From an uncultured delta proteobacterium (lineage in GTDB: Bacteria > Myxococcota > Kuafuiibacteriia > Kuafuiibacteriales > Kuafuiibacteriaceae), in NCBI GenBank assembly GCA_963803435.1, contig CAWDML010000001.1, forward strand, positions 1,280,001-1,344,000: a stretch of DNA of 64,000 bases, read 5' to 3'. Both the position numbers and the translations under genes were made by a program. The notes below the pieces were generated by a model. It did not search any database. It saw only the letters and a program-made list of their open reading frames with translations, and was not told the DNA's origin. Below, one piece after another: positions 9,564-19,053 of the stretch (position 1 is its first letter; each line of letters begins with the position of its first letter).

Positions 9564-10411
9564 CCAACACGCGTGGCTTCACCTTGCTCGAAGTGATGGT
9601 GGCGATCTCGATCCTGGCGCTGTCGCTGGTCGCGATCGGGGGGATCAACGCAAACAGCTTCGAATCCTCCAACTACGCCAAGCACTTGACGGTCGCCACG
9701 CTGCTGGCGCGCTCCAAGATGATCGACATCGAGGAGGACCTCCGCAAGAACGGCTTCGGCAACGGAGAGCGGAACTGGGACGGCGACTTCTCCGAGGAGG
9801 GGTACTCGGAGCTCCGCTGGACCGCGGTGGCGCGGCCGGTGGACATCGACGTGGGCCAGCTCCTGGGCCCGCTCCTCGGCGGCGAGGTCTCCTCCGACAA
9901 GCTGCCCGAGCAGATGCAGGCGTTCCTCGGCGCGATGAACGGCGAGCTGCCGGCGGTTGGCGACGAGGCCTCGAAGTATGCCGAAGAGGTCGGCGGCTCG
10001 GATCTGAAGCAACTGATGGGCGGGGAGCAGATGGAGCTGATCTTCAAGCAGGTCGGCGAGACGCTCGGCGACTCGATCCGCGAGATCACGGTCGAGATCG
10101 AGTGGGGCAAGGCGGGCGTCGATCTGGAGAACGTCAAGTTCGTGCAGTACGTGACCACGACCGGCCGCCTCTCCTTCCAGGCGCCCCCGGCAGGTCCCAC
10201 CGGGAACACCGTGGACACGAATGGAGACGGGATCCCGGACGCGCCCGCCGGTGCGAACGTGAACGGGAGCCCCCTCGACCACCTCTTGCACGGGACCGGG
10301 CTCCAGCAGAACGGCGCGCTCACGCCGAACGGCCGCAACCCGTTCACCGGCGGGCTCTTCCCGCCCACGCTCCCCGGCGGCTCGCCGAACCCGGTGAAGG
10401 AGGGCAAATGA
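9560..10411 (+). CDS. gspI: minor pseudopilin GspI with long C-terminal extension
   Basis: RG|FTLLEVMVAISIL; ATLLARSKM; IREITVEIEW; position between gspH and gspJ. Confidence 0.85.
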   Translation: MTNTRGFTLLEVMVAISILALSLVAIGGINANSFESSNYAKHLTVATLLARSKMIDIEEDLRKNGFGNGERNWDGDFSEEGYSELRWTAVARPVDIDVGQLLGPLLGGEVSSDKLPEQMQAFLGAMNGELPAVGDEASKYAEEVGGSDLKQLMGGEQMELIFKQVGETLGDSIREITVEIEWGKAGVDLENVKFVQYVTTTGRLSFQAPPAGPTGNTVDTNGDGIPDAPAGANVNGSPLDHLLHGTGLQQNGALTPNGRNPFTGGLFPPTLPGGSPNPVKEGK

Positions 10412-11091
10412 GACGCCCCCATCGACCCGAAGCCGGTCTGACGCTGATGGAGGTCGCCCTGGCAGTGGCGATCCTCGCGGTGATCGCGACGCTCACCTGG
10501 GGCTCGGTGGCCCGGAGCTTCGACGCCTACGAGACGGTCACAGACATCGATCGCAGCTATCACAACGTCCGCGTGGCGATGAACCGGATGGCCAAGGAGC
10601 TGTCGATGGCCTTCATCGACTCGGACCGCCGTCACCGCGGCAAGGAGCGGATGTGGAAGACGATCTTCAAGTCGGAGAACGGCTCTCCCTTCCAGGTGCT
10701 CCACTTCACCGCCTTCGCCCACGAGATCCTGCGGGCCGACGCCAAGGAGTCGGACCAGTGCGAGATCTCATACTTCGGTGAGACCGACCCCGACCACCCG
10801 GGCCAGATCAACCTGATGCGGCGCGAGGATCCGCGCATCGATCGCGAGCCCACCGAGGGTGGCCGCTCCTACGTGCTCGCGGAGAACATCAAGGACTTCA
10901 AGCTTCGGTTCTACGATCCGAAGGACGACGACTGGACCAACGACTGGGACACACTCGACGACGAGGAGTACCGGGGCCGGCTGCCGACGATCGTCGAGAT
11001 CACGATGGTGATCGAGGACGAGAACAAGCACGAGGTGAAGTTCGTCACCAAGGCGCGCATCAACCTGACGCAGGAGCTGGGGACGCTATGA
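10408..11091 (+). CDS. gspJ: minor pseudopilin GspJ
   Basis: ATG 10408; AG|LTLMEVALAVAIL; RMAKELSMAF; W...WD...LPTIVEI C-terminal motif. Confidence 0.88.
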   Translation: MRRPHRPEAGLTLMEVALAVAILAVIATLTWGSVARSFDAYETVTDIDRSYHNVRVAMNRMAKELSMAFIDSDRRHRGKERMWKTIFKSENGSPFQVLHFTAFAHEILRADAKESDQCEISYFGETDPDHPGQINLMRREDPRIDREPTEGGRSYVLAENIKDFKLRFYDPKDDDWTNDWDTLDDEEYRGRLPTIVEITMVIEDENKHEVKFVTKARINLTQELGTL

Positions 11092-12353
11092 AGCTGTTTC
11101 AGTCGACCCACCAGCGCCGCCGCCGTGGGGCGAAGCGCCCGCACGAGCGAAGGGGCATCGCCCTGATCATGGTCATGGTGATCACCACCGTGCTGAGCGC
11201 GATCGCTGCCGACCTCAAGAATGAGTCGCAGGTCAACCTGCAGGCCGCCGCCAACGCGCGCGACGAGCTGCAGGCCTACTATCACGCCCGCAGCGCCCTC
11301 GAGCTCGAGCTCTTCGTGCTGCGCTTCCAGAACATGCTCAAGCAGACGATCGGCCAGTTCATCCCGATCCCGCTGTTCGAGCTCTCTGGCTTCCTCGTCT
11401 CTTCGGACACGCTGAAGGGGATCCTCAACCGCGACGCCACGCCCTCCGACGCCCCCCGCTCGAAGGGAGAGAGCGGAAAGGCCTCCAAGGGCGGCGACAA
11501 CGGAAAGGCCTCCTCGTTCGATGCGCCGTTCGGCGACTTCCAGGGCTCGTTCTGGATCGACGAGATCGTCGACGAGAACCGCAAGATCAACCTGCACGGG
11601 AACTTCGGCGTCGGCTGCGAGAACTTCCTCCACCTCCTGATGGCGGCGGTGTTCGACGACCCGAAGTACGACGTCCTCTTCGAATCGCTGGGCGAGACCC
11701 ATGATCCGGTGCGAAACCGGATCGAGCTGATCGCGAACATCACCGACTGGATCGACGGTGACGACAACGTCGACACCGTCTGCATCCTCACGCAGGACCG
11801 CTCGCTCTCCAGCGTCTCCGAGGACACGCGCTACGACCACCTGCCCTACAACGCCCAGTACAAGCCGAAGAACGGGATGATGAGCTCGCTCGAGGAGATG
11901 CGCATGGTCCCGGGCGTCAACGACGCCTTCATGCGGATCTTCTCCAAGTACTTCACGGTCTGGAGCGACAACGTCGGCGTCAACATGCAGACCGCCGACG
12001 ACTGGATGATCCTGGCGATCATTCGCGCCGTCAGCGCCACACCGCCGACGCCGGGCGATCAGGAGAAGTACCAGAAGTTCTTCCAGGAGAAGGCGCTGAT
12101 GACGGCGATGCCCCCGCCGCTCAACAAGCTCTCCAAGCAGGCCTTCGAGCAGCTCCTCCAGACCGCTGAGATCCCGTACGACCAGAAGAAGCTGGAGACG
12201 CTGGTGCAAAAGAACTACCTGCGCTTCGAGGACATCTCGAGCGTTTACAAGATCACCGCCGTCGGGCGCGTCAACGACGCCTCCTCGAAGATCACCGTGG
12301 TATGGCGCGGCTTCGGCAACAACGGCGAGCTCTACTACTGGCGAGAGGAGTGA
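11088..12353 (+). CDS. gspK: minor pseudopilin GspK
   Basis: RG|IALIMV leader lacking Glu+5 (typical of GspK); DENRKINL, ITDWIDGD, PKNG...EEMRMVPG, VNMQTA. Confidence 0.92.
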   Translation: MKLFQSTHQRRRRGAKRPHERRGIALIMVMVITTVLSAIAADLKNESQVNLQAAANARDELQAYYHARSALELELFVLRFQNMLKQTIGQFIPIPLFELSGFLVSSDTLKGILNRDATPSDAPRSKGESGKASKGGDNGKASSFDAPFGDFQGSFWIDEIVDENRKINLHGNFGVGCENFLHLLMAAVFDDPKYDVLFESLGETHDPVRNRIELIANITDWIDGDDNVDTVCILTQDRSLSSVSEDTRYDHLPYNAQYKPKNGMMSSLEEMRMVPGVNDAFMRIFSKYFTVWSDNVGVNMQTADDWMILAIIRAVSATPPTPGDQEKYQKFFQEKALMTAMPPPLNKLSKQAFEQLLQTAEIPYDQKKLETLVQKNYLRFEDISSVYKITAVGRVNDASSKITVVWRGFGNNGELYYWREE

Positions 12354-12359
12354 CCGGTC

Positions 12360-14006
12360 ATGCCGCAGAAGATCCTCGGAGTCGATCTCGGCTCCTGGTC
12401 GGTGAAGGGCGTGCTCCTCGAATCGAGCTTCCGCGGGTTCCGTGTCGAAGCGGTCCACGAGGAGCTGCTCGCCCCGGGTGAGCCGGAGACCAGGAGGCAA
12501 CGCCAGCTCGACGCGCTGGGACGTATGATCGGCGAGTCGCGCCTGAAGGGCGACGTGATGGTGGCCGGCTTCCCCGGTGAGCAGGCCACCATGCGCTGGG
12601 TGACGCTCCCGTACGGCGATCAGCGGAAGATCGACCAGACGATCGCGGGCGAGCTCGCGGACGTGCTGCCGTTCGACGTACTCGACGCGGTCACCGATCA
12701 CGAGGTCCTCGATCGGGCCCGGCACGAGTCGACCTCGCTCTGCGCCGCCGCCGTATCGGATCACGTGGGCGCGTTCCTGGAGGCCCTGCAGTCGAGCGGC
12801 GCCGATCCCAAGTTCCTCCCGATCGACGTGCTGCAGCTCTACAACCTGTACACGCACTTCCTGAAGGAGGACGCCTCGAAGCCCGAGGTCGCGACGGCCC
12901 CCTCCGAGGAGGCGAACACATTCATCGCGCCCTCGCCGGTCGGCCCCCCGGACGCCCGGCTGCTCGTCGACATCGGGCACGAGCGCACCCTGGTCTGCGC
13001 CTGCTACGAGAAGGGCATCGCGCACGTCCGCGTGCTCCGCGCCGGCGGCCGTGCGGTCACTGAGGCCATCGCGAAGGCCTACCAGCTCTCGTGGGCCGAC
13101 GCGGAGGCGGGCAAACACGAGGACGCGCTGGCCACCTCGCCGCGCCGGCCGGCCACCGACGACGCCTCCCAGAAGATGTCGGAGGTGGTGGAGCAAGGGC
13201 TGTCGCCGCTGGTCCGGGAGCTGCGGCGCACGATCCAGTCGATCCGCAAGGAGAAGCGCGTGCGGGTGGCGCGGATCGATCTCCTCGGCGGCGGATCGCG
13301 GATCAAGAACCTCGCCAACTATCTCGCCGAACAGCTCAACGTCCCGGTAGCGATGGGGCTGGCGGTGGAGCAGGCCGTCGAGCGGCAGGCCGAGGCCTCG
13401 CAGCGGGCCTCGTTCGCGCTGGCCCTCGGGTGCGCGCTGCGGGCCACCGGAGATGCGCCGGTCTCGCGGATCGATCTCCGGCGCGGCGAGTATCAGTTCG
13501 CCGGCCAGCTCCAGCACCTGCGCCGGCGTGCGCCCTTGATGGCGATCGCGGCCGGCGTGCTGACCGTGCTGCTGATGATCAACACGATCGTGCAGTACCA
13601 GGTGATCAGCTCCCGCGAGACCGCCATCGATCGCCAGTTCTGCGAGATCACGAAGAAGGTGGTCGGCCGCGAGATCTGCGAGCCGACGGTCGCGATCTCG
13701 GTCGTGAAGCAGCCGACCAGCGAGCTCGGCAACTTCGCGCTGCCCGAGAAGTCGGCGTTCCGGATCGCGGCCGAGCTCTCGCACCTGGTGCCGAAAGAGC
13801 TCGAGCTCACGCTCAGCGAGATGGAGATCACGCCCGACCGGGCGCGGCTCTCGGGCGAGACCCAGAGCTTCGACGCGGTCGATCAGCTGGTGAGCGCCTA
13901 CGCCGCCGACAAGTGCTTCACCGAGATCAAGAAGAGCGGCCTGCGCAAGAAGAGCGACGGGGACGGCGTGGAGTTCCAGCTCTCGATCCAACTGGGGTGT
14001 CCGTGA
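12360..14006 (+). CDS. gspL: GspL (PilM-like actin-fold cytoplasmic domain, TM and periplasmic domain)
   Basis: ILGVDLGSWSVK, LVDIGHERT, GG..VTEAIA and LLGGGSRI actin-fold motifs; TM at about residue 395; position after gspK. Confidence 0.88.
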   Translation: MPQKILGVDLGSWSVKGVLLESSFRGFRVEAVHEELLAPGEPETRRQRQLDALGRMIGESRLKGDVMVAGFPGEQATMRWVTLPYGDQRKIDQTIAGELADVLPFDVLDAVTDHEVLDRARHESTSLCAAAVSDHVGAFLEALQSSGADPKFLPIDVLQLYNLYTHFLKEDASKPEVATAPSEEANTFIAPSPVGPPDARLLVDIGHERTLVCACYEKGIAHVRVLRAGGRAVTEAIAKAYQLSWADAEAGKHEDALATSPRRPATDDASQKMSEVVEQGLSPLVRELRRTIQSIRKEKRVRVARIDLLGGGSRIKNLANYLAEQLNVPVAMGLAVEQAVERQAEASQRASFALALGCALRATGDAPVSRIDLRRGEYQFAGQLQHLRRRAPLMAIAAGVLTVLLMINTIVQYQVISSRETAIDRQFCEITKKVVGREICEPTVAISVVKQPTSELGNFALPEKSAFRIAAELSHLVPKELELTLSEMEITPDRARLSGETQSFDAVDQLVSAYAADKCFTEIKKSGLRKKSDGDGVEFQLSIQLGCP

Positions 14007-14560
14007 TGAAGGCGAAGCTGAGTCAGTTCGCGGTCGCGTTCGAGCGCCTGTCGGGGCGCGAGCAGGTCATGGTGATCGTCATGATCGTCGGCCTGATCGG
14101 GATGATCGTCGGGTTCGGCGGTTACTTCGTGAACAAGGACCTGCACGCGAAGCACCGGCGGATCGAGGCGAAGATGGAGAAATTGAAGGAGATCGCCGAG
14201 CTCCGCGGCGACTACCAACGCCGCCTCAACGAGCAAAAGCGGCTCGCCGACGAGGTCCGTCGCAACAAGGACACCCGGATCCTCTCCTATCTCGAGGGCC
14301 TCTCGAAGAAGGCCAACATCGAGCTCAAGAACGCCTCCGAGCGCCAGGGTGAGGCCACCGGATCCGATCTGGTGAAGGAAGAGGCCGCCGAGGTCATGAT
14401 CCAGAACGTCTCGCTGGATCGCCTGAACGAGTTCCTGAAGCAGATCGAAGAGGGCAATCACCTGGTGAAGATCCGGCGCCTGAAGATCAAGACGCGCTTC
14501 GACAACAAGGAGATGCTCGACGCGAACGTCACCGTCGGCACCTTCAAACCCACGAGCTGA
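14006..14560 (+). CDS. gspM: type II secretion protein GspM
   Basis: LSGREQ followed by TM helix, coiled coil and ferredoxin-like C-terminus (VSLDRLNEFLKQIE); coupled to gspL. Confidence 0.85.
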   Translation: MKAKLSQFAVAFERLSGREQVMVIVMIVGLIGMIVGFGGYFVNKDLHAKHRRIEAKMEKLKEIAELRGDYQRRLNEQKRLADEVRRNKDTRILSYLEGLSKKANIELKNASERQGEATGSDLVKEEAAEVMIQNVSLDRLNEFLKQIEEGNHLVKIRRLKIKTRFDNKEMLDANVTVGTFKPTS

Positions 14561-14565
14561 GGCAC

Positions 14566-15441
14566 ATGAACGCGGTCAAAATTGCCGGCTACGCCGCCTT
14601 CTTTCTGGTGAGCCTGCTGCTCTCCATCTACCTCACGTTCCCCTGGGACGCGGCCAAGGATCGCCTGCTCGACGTGGCCTCGCAGTACGCGGGTGGCCAG
14701 GTGACCGCCGAGAAGCTCGAGCCGAGCTGGTTCACCGGATTCACCGCCACCAAGGTGCGCTACAAGCCCCCTGAGGCGGAGGCGCCCATCGAGATCGACG
14801 AGGTCAACGCCCGCATCAAGCTCCTGGCCCTGCTCTCCGGCGCCGTCGGCGTCAGCGCGGAGGTCCCGATCGCGAAGGGCACGGTCTCGGCAGACCTGGT
14901 GGCCTCCGATCCGGAGCTCGACCTCGACGCGACCATCTCGCACGTCGAGCTGGCGCTGGTGCCCGGCCTCTCCGACGGCATCGGCCTCCCGCTGGGCGGC
15001 AAGATCGATCTCGTGGGCAAGATCCACCTGGACTCGAAGACGCCGAAGAACACGCAGGGAGAGCTCGATCTCAAGGCGGTCGGCCTCGAGATCCTCAAGG
15101 GCGGCAAGGTGTCCGGATTTCCGGTGCCCGAGCTCGCGATCGGCGACTTCAACTGGAAGATCCCGATCAAGGACGGCAAGGCGACGTTCGACAAGCAGGA
15201 GGTCAAGGGCGAGAACGTCGAGCTCAAGCTCGACGGCACGATCGACATCCTCGGTCAGCTCGATCGAAGCCTGCTGAAGCTGTTCATCTCCTTCAAGCCG
15301 ACGGACGCTTTCCTCAAGAAGGAGCCGATCCTCAACGCGCTCCTCCAGAACATCAACCGCGCCAAGGGCGCCGACGGCTTCTACACCTACTCGGTCAACG
15401 GAAGCGTCAAGCATCCGCGGTTCGCACCTGCGCGACGTTGA
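14566..15441 (+). CDS. gspN: type II secretion protein GspN (deltaproteobacterial type)
   Basis: N-terminal TM followed by YLTFPWD, beta-rich repeat body, C-terminal VNGSVKHPRF; last gsp gene. Confidence 0.85.
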   Translation: MNAVKIAGYAAFFLVSLLLSIYLTFPWDAAKDRLLDVASQYAGGQVTAEKLEPSWFTGFTATKVRYKPPEAEAPIEIDEVNARIKLLALLSGAVGVSAEVPIAKGTVSADLVASDPELDLDATISHVELALVPGLSDGIGLPLGGKIDLVGKIHLDSKTPKNTQGELDLKAVGLEILKGGKVSGFPVPELAIGDFNWKIPIKDGKATFDKQEVKGENVELKLDGTIDILGQLDRSLLKLFISFKPTDAFLKKEPILNALLQNINRAKGADGFYTYSVNGSVKHPRFAPARR

Positions 15442-17156
15442 TGAACGAGCGCCTGGTCGAGTCCCTCTCCTCGAAGATCCTCACCTCCTATCGTGAGTAT
15501 CGGGGCGAGTTCGACGCCATCACCGAGCGGGCCAAGTCCTGGTTCGAGAAACGTGACTGGCGCGCCTCCCAGAAGGGCGTGGCGCGCCGGCTGGACCTCT
15601 ACGCCGACGCCGTCGCCGACATCGCGTCTCACGTGCGTGTGGTCTTCGGCGGAGGGACGCCCGATCGCGAGATCTGGTGCGACGTCAAGAAGAGCTATGC
15701 GACGCTGATCGCGTACAGCGCCGACGAGGAGGTGGCGGAGACCTTCTTCAACTCGGTGACGCGCGCAGTCCTGGGGACGGTCGGGATCGACGCCACTATC
15801 GAGTTCGTCTGGCTCGGCGGCGACATCCCGCTCACGGGGGAGGAGACTCCGGTCTACGCGACCTATCACCGGACCGACACGATCGCCCGCACCTTCCGCG
15901 ACATCCTGGACCGCTATCCCTTCGAGGTCCCCTACCAGGACGCCGACCGAGACGCCGGCCGGATCGCCGAGCGCGTCTGTGCCTCGCTCGAGCGGATCTG
16001 GGGCGTGCCGGAGTTCGACTCCGTCGAGCTGCTCGAGCCCGTCTTCTATCGCAACAAGGCCGCCTATTTGGTGGGCCGCATTCGCCGCGCCAACAAGATC
16101 GTCCCCCTCCTGCTGCCGCTCCTCAACGAGAAGTCGGGCATCGCCGTCGACGCGGCGCTCCTCGACGAGGACGAGGCCAGCAGCGTCTTCAGCTTCACGC
16201 GCTACTACTTCTACGTGAAGGCGCGCCGTCCCGGGGAGCTGATCGGCTTCCTGCGATCGATCCTCCCGGCAAAGAGCCGCGCCGAGCTCTACATCGCCCT
16301 CGGCCTCACCAAGCACGGCAAGACGGAGCTCTATCGCGATCTCTACCGCCACCTCGATCACTCGACGGACCGCTTCCGCTTCGCACGGGGCGCGCGGGGG
16401 ATGGTGATGATCGTCTTCACCCTCCCCTCTTACGATCTGGTGTTCAAGGTGATCCGGGATCGCTTCGACGATCCCAAGAACACGACGCGCGAAGAGGTGA
16501 AGGCCAAGTACCGCCTGGTGCTCAAGCAGGATCGCGTGGGCCGCCTGGTGGACGCCCAGGAGTTCGAGAACCTCACGCTCGAGCGAGAGCGCTTTCGAGA
16601 CGACCTGCTCGAGGAGCTGGCGACCAGCGCGAAAGAGAGCGTCTCGATCACGGGCGACCGCGTCATCCTTCACCACGTCTACACGGAGCGGCGCGTCGAT
16701 CCGCTCGACGTCTTCGTCAGGGAGGCCAGCCCGGAGCGGGCCCAGCGCGCGGTCGTCGACTACGGTCAAGCCATCAAGGATCTCGCGACCGCGAACGTCT
16801 TCCCCGGCGATCTCTTGATCAAGAACTTCGGCGTCACGCGCCTGGGGCGGGTCGTGTTCTACGACTATGACGAGCTGTGCGCGCTCGCGGACTGCCGCTT
16901 TCGAACGATGCCCGAGCCCGCCGATCCGGAGCTCGAGACCCGCGCCGACCCGTGGTTCTATGTGGGCCCGAACGACGTCTTTCCCGAGGAGTTCCGCTCG
17001 TTCCTCTTTGCGGATCCCGACCTCATGACCGCACTGGACCGGGCCCATGGCGATCTGTTCTCGATCGACTTTTGGAGGCGTCAACAGAGCCTGCATGCGA
17101 GCGGTGAGCTCATCGATTTCTTCCCCTACCGGACCTCGCTTCGCTTCCCGCGTTGA
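15438..17156 (+). CDS. aceK: isocitrate dehydrogenase kinase/phosphatase
   Basis: AETFFNSV, FYRNKAAYLVG, KHGKTELYR, GMVMIVFTLP, VFKVIRDRF, DRVGRLVDAQEF, NVFPGDLLIKNFG, VVFYDYDE. Confidence 0.96.
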   Translation: MMNERLVESLSSKILTSYREYRGEFDAITERAKSWFEKRDWRASQKGVARRLDLYADAVADIASHVRVVFGGGTPDREIWCDVKKSYATLIAYSADEEVAETFFNSVTRAVLGTVGIDATIEFVWLGGDIPLTGEETPVYATYHRTDTIARTFRDILDRYPFEVPYQDADRDAGRIAERVCASLERIWGVPEFDSVELLEPVFYRNKAAYLVGRIRRANKIVPLLLPLLNEKSGIAVDAALLDEDEASSVFSFTRYYFYVKARRPGELIGFLRSILPAKSRAELYIALGLTKHGKTELYRDLYRHLDHSTDRFRFARGARGMVMIVFTLPSYDLVFKVIRDRFDDPKNTTREEVKAKYRLVLKQDRVGRLVDAQEFENLTLERERFRDDLLEELATSAKESVSITGDRVILHHVYTERRVDPLDVFVREASPERAQRAVVDYGQAIKDLATANVFPGDLLIKNFGVTRLGRVVFYDYDELCALADCRFRTMPEPADPELETRADPWFYVGPNDVFPEEFRSFLFADPDLMTALDRAHGDLFSIDFWRRQQSLHASGELIDFFPYRTSLRFPR

Positions 17157-17166
17157 CATCATCCCC

Positions 17167-19041
17167 GTGGGAAGGTTGATCGGCTCGTTGCTATCGAACG
17201 ACGAGCTGCTCCGAGTGATCGTCACCCACGTCCCGCTGGCCATGTGGGTGACCGACGACGCCGGAGTCGTCACCTTCGTGACCGGCCATGAGGCCGCCCT
17301 GGGTCGCATCAACGCGAAGGCCTTCGTCGGCACACCGTTCGAGCAAGCGTTCGCAGACAATCCGGAGGTCGTGGAGGCCAACCGGCGGGCCCTGCGCGGT
17401 GAGGCGCACCGCGGGATCGTGACCCTCGGGGGCGCGCCCTTCGATGCGTTCTACCACCCGCTCCGCGATCCGGAGGGACGGATCGTCGGGAGCGCCGGCG
17501 TGGCCGTCGACATCAGCGAGCGCCAGAAGACCCTCGCCGACCTTCGCCAGAGCGAGGAGGTCACCCGGCGGATCCTGGAGGCAGTGCCGGCGGGGATCGT
17601 GCTGGTGTCGCCGGAGGGCAGCATCCTCGACGCGAACCGACAGGCGATCGACATCCTCGGTCTCTCCTACGACCAGCTCACGCACCGCTACGTCCAGGAC
17701 TTCGAGACGGAGACCATCTGGGAGGACGGGTCGCCCTTCGCCGCGGAGGACTATCCGGTGTCCCGCTGTCTGGCGACGCGCGAGGCCCAACCCCCGGCCA
17801 CGCTCGGCGTGGTGCGGCCCGACGGTCAGATCTCGTGGTGCGTCTTCACGGCGATCCCGGCCACGCACCCGGTGACCCAGGAGTTCATCGGCGCAGTGGT
17901 CACTTTCCACGACATCACGCTGCGCAAGAAGGAGGAGCAGGAGCGCGTGCGGCTGGAGCGGCAGCTCGCGGAGTCGCAGAAGCTGGAGGCGATCGGTCGC
18001 CTCGCGGGCGGGCTCGCGCACGACCTCAACAACATCCTCTCCGCCATCCTCGGCCATGCCAGCCTCCTCAAGGAGGTGTTCCCGGCGGGCGCCGAAGAGC
18101 ACGAGATGGCGGACGCGATCGAGAAAGCGGGGGAGCGCGCCGCCCGGTTGACCAACCAACTCCTCGGATTCGCGCGGCACGGGACCCGGCAGAGCAACCC
18201 GCTCGACGTCGACGAGATCCTCGGCGAATCGATTGATCTACTCAGTGGAACGATGCGCAAGAACATCCGGATCACGCATCGACGCGCCGCGGAGACCATC
18301 TGGATCGTCGGCGACCGCACGCAGCTGCAGCAGGTGATGCTGAACCTGTCGCTCAACGCGCAGGACGCGATGCCGGCGGGCGGAGATCTGGTGTTCGGGA
18401 CGGCGGTCAGCCGCGAGAACGGGACGGTCGTGATCTCGGTCCGGGACAACGGCACCGGCATGCCGGAGCAAGTTCAGAAGCGGATGTTCGAGCCGTTCTA
18501 CTCCACGAAGAGCACCGGGACGGGGATGGGGCTCGCGCTCGCCTACGGCATCGTGAAGGCCCACCAGGGGACGATCCAGGCCGTGAGCTCCGTCGGGGAG
18601 GGAACGACGTTCCGGATCACCCTGCCGCTCTCCGAGCGAGCCAGCCGCGAGACTCCGATGGTCGAGCCTGCCCCCGAGCGGAACCACGTGTTGATCGTCG
18701 ACGACGAGGAGATGGTCCTGAGCACGACCGCACTGCTCGTCCACCGCCTCGGCTGGAAGACCACCACGGCGAGCAACGGCGCCGAAGCGGTCCGGATCTA
18801 CCGTGACCGGGGCGACCACATCCGGGTGGTCATCCTCGATCTGGTGATGCCCGGGATGGGCGGACGCGAGTGTTTCCGCGCCCTGCGTGCGCTCGATCCG
18901 GAGGTCAGGGTGATCGTCTCTTCGGGCTACGACCGCGACGGCATCGCCCGCGACATCCTGGGGACGGCCAAGACCGAGTTCCTCCAGAAGCCGTACACGC
19001 TGGCGCTGCTTCGCGATGCTTTGGCACGCGCGTTGGCGTAG
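17167..19041 (+). CDS. PAS-PAS hybrid sensor histidine kinase with receiver domain
   Basis: Two PAS domains; GRLAGGLAHDLNNIL H-box; N/G1/F/G2 boxes; receiver LIVDDE...ILDLVMP...KPY; start uncertain (GTG 17167). Confidence 0.93.
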   Translation: MGRLIGSLLSNDELLRVIVTHVPLAMWVTDDAGVVTFVTGHEAALGRINAKAFVGTPFEQAFADNPEVVEANRRALRGEAHRGIVTLGGAPFDAFYHPLRDPEGRIVGSAGVAVDISERQKTLADLRQSEEVTRRILEAVPAGIVLVSPEGSILDANRQAIDILGLSYDQLTHRYVQDFETETIWEDGSPFAAEDYPVSRCLATREAQPPATLGVVRPDGQISWCVFTAIPATHPVTQEFIGAVVTFHDITLRKKEEQERVRLERQLAESQKLEAIGRLAGGLAHDLNNILSAILGHASLLKEVFPAGAEEHEMADAIEKAGERAARLTNQLLGFARHGTRQSNPLDVDEILGESIDLLSGTMRKNIRITHRRAAETIWIVGDRTQLQQVMLNLSLNAQDAMPAGGDLVFGTAVSRENGTVVISVRDNGTGMPEQVQKRMFEPFYSTKSTGTGMGLALAYGIVKAHQGTIQAVSSVGEGTTFRITLPLSERASRETPMVEPAPERNHVLIVDDEEMVLSTTALLVHRLGWKTTTASNGAEAVRIYRDRGDHIRVVILDLVMPGMGGRECFRALRALDPEVRVIVSSGYDRDGIARDILGTAKTEFLQKPYTLALLRDALARALA

Positions 19042-19053
19042 AGTTCCGCGTCG

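Noticed and set aside
10911-13991. 1026-aa minus-strand ORF and similar long antisense ORFs (2741-4888, 15387-17381, 55848-58457, 58891-60492)
   Set aside because: Shadow frames opposite well-supported genes; expected in high-GC DNA with strong codon bias; no motifs.
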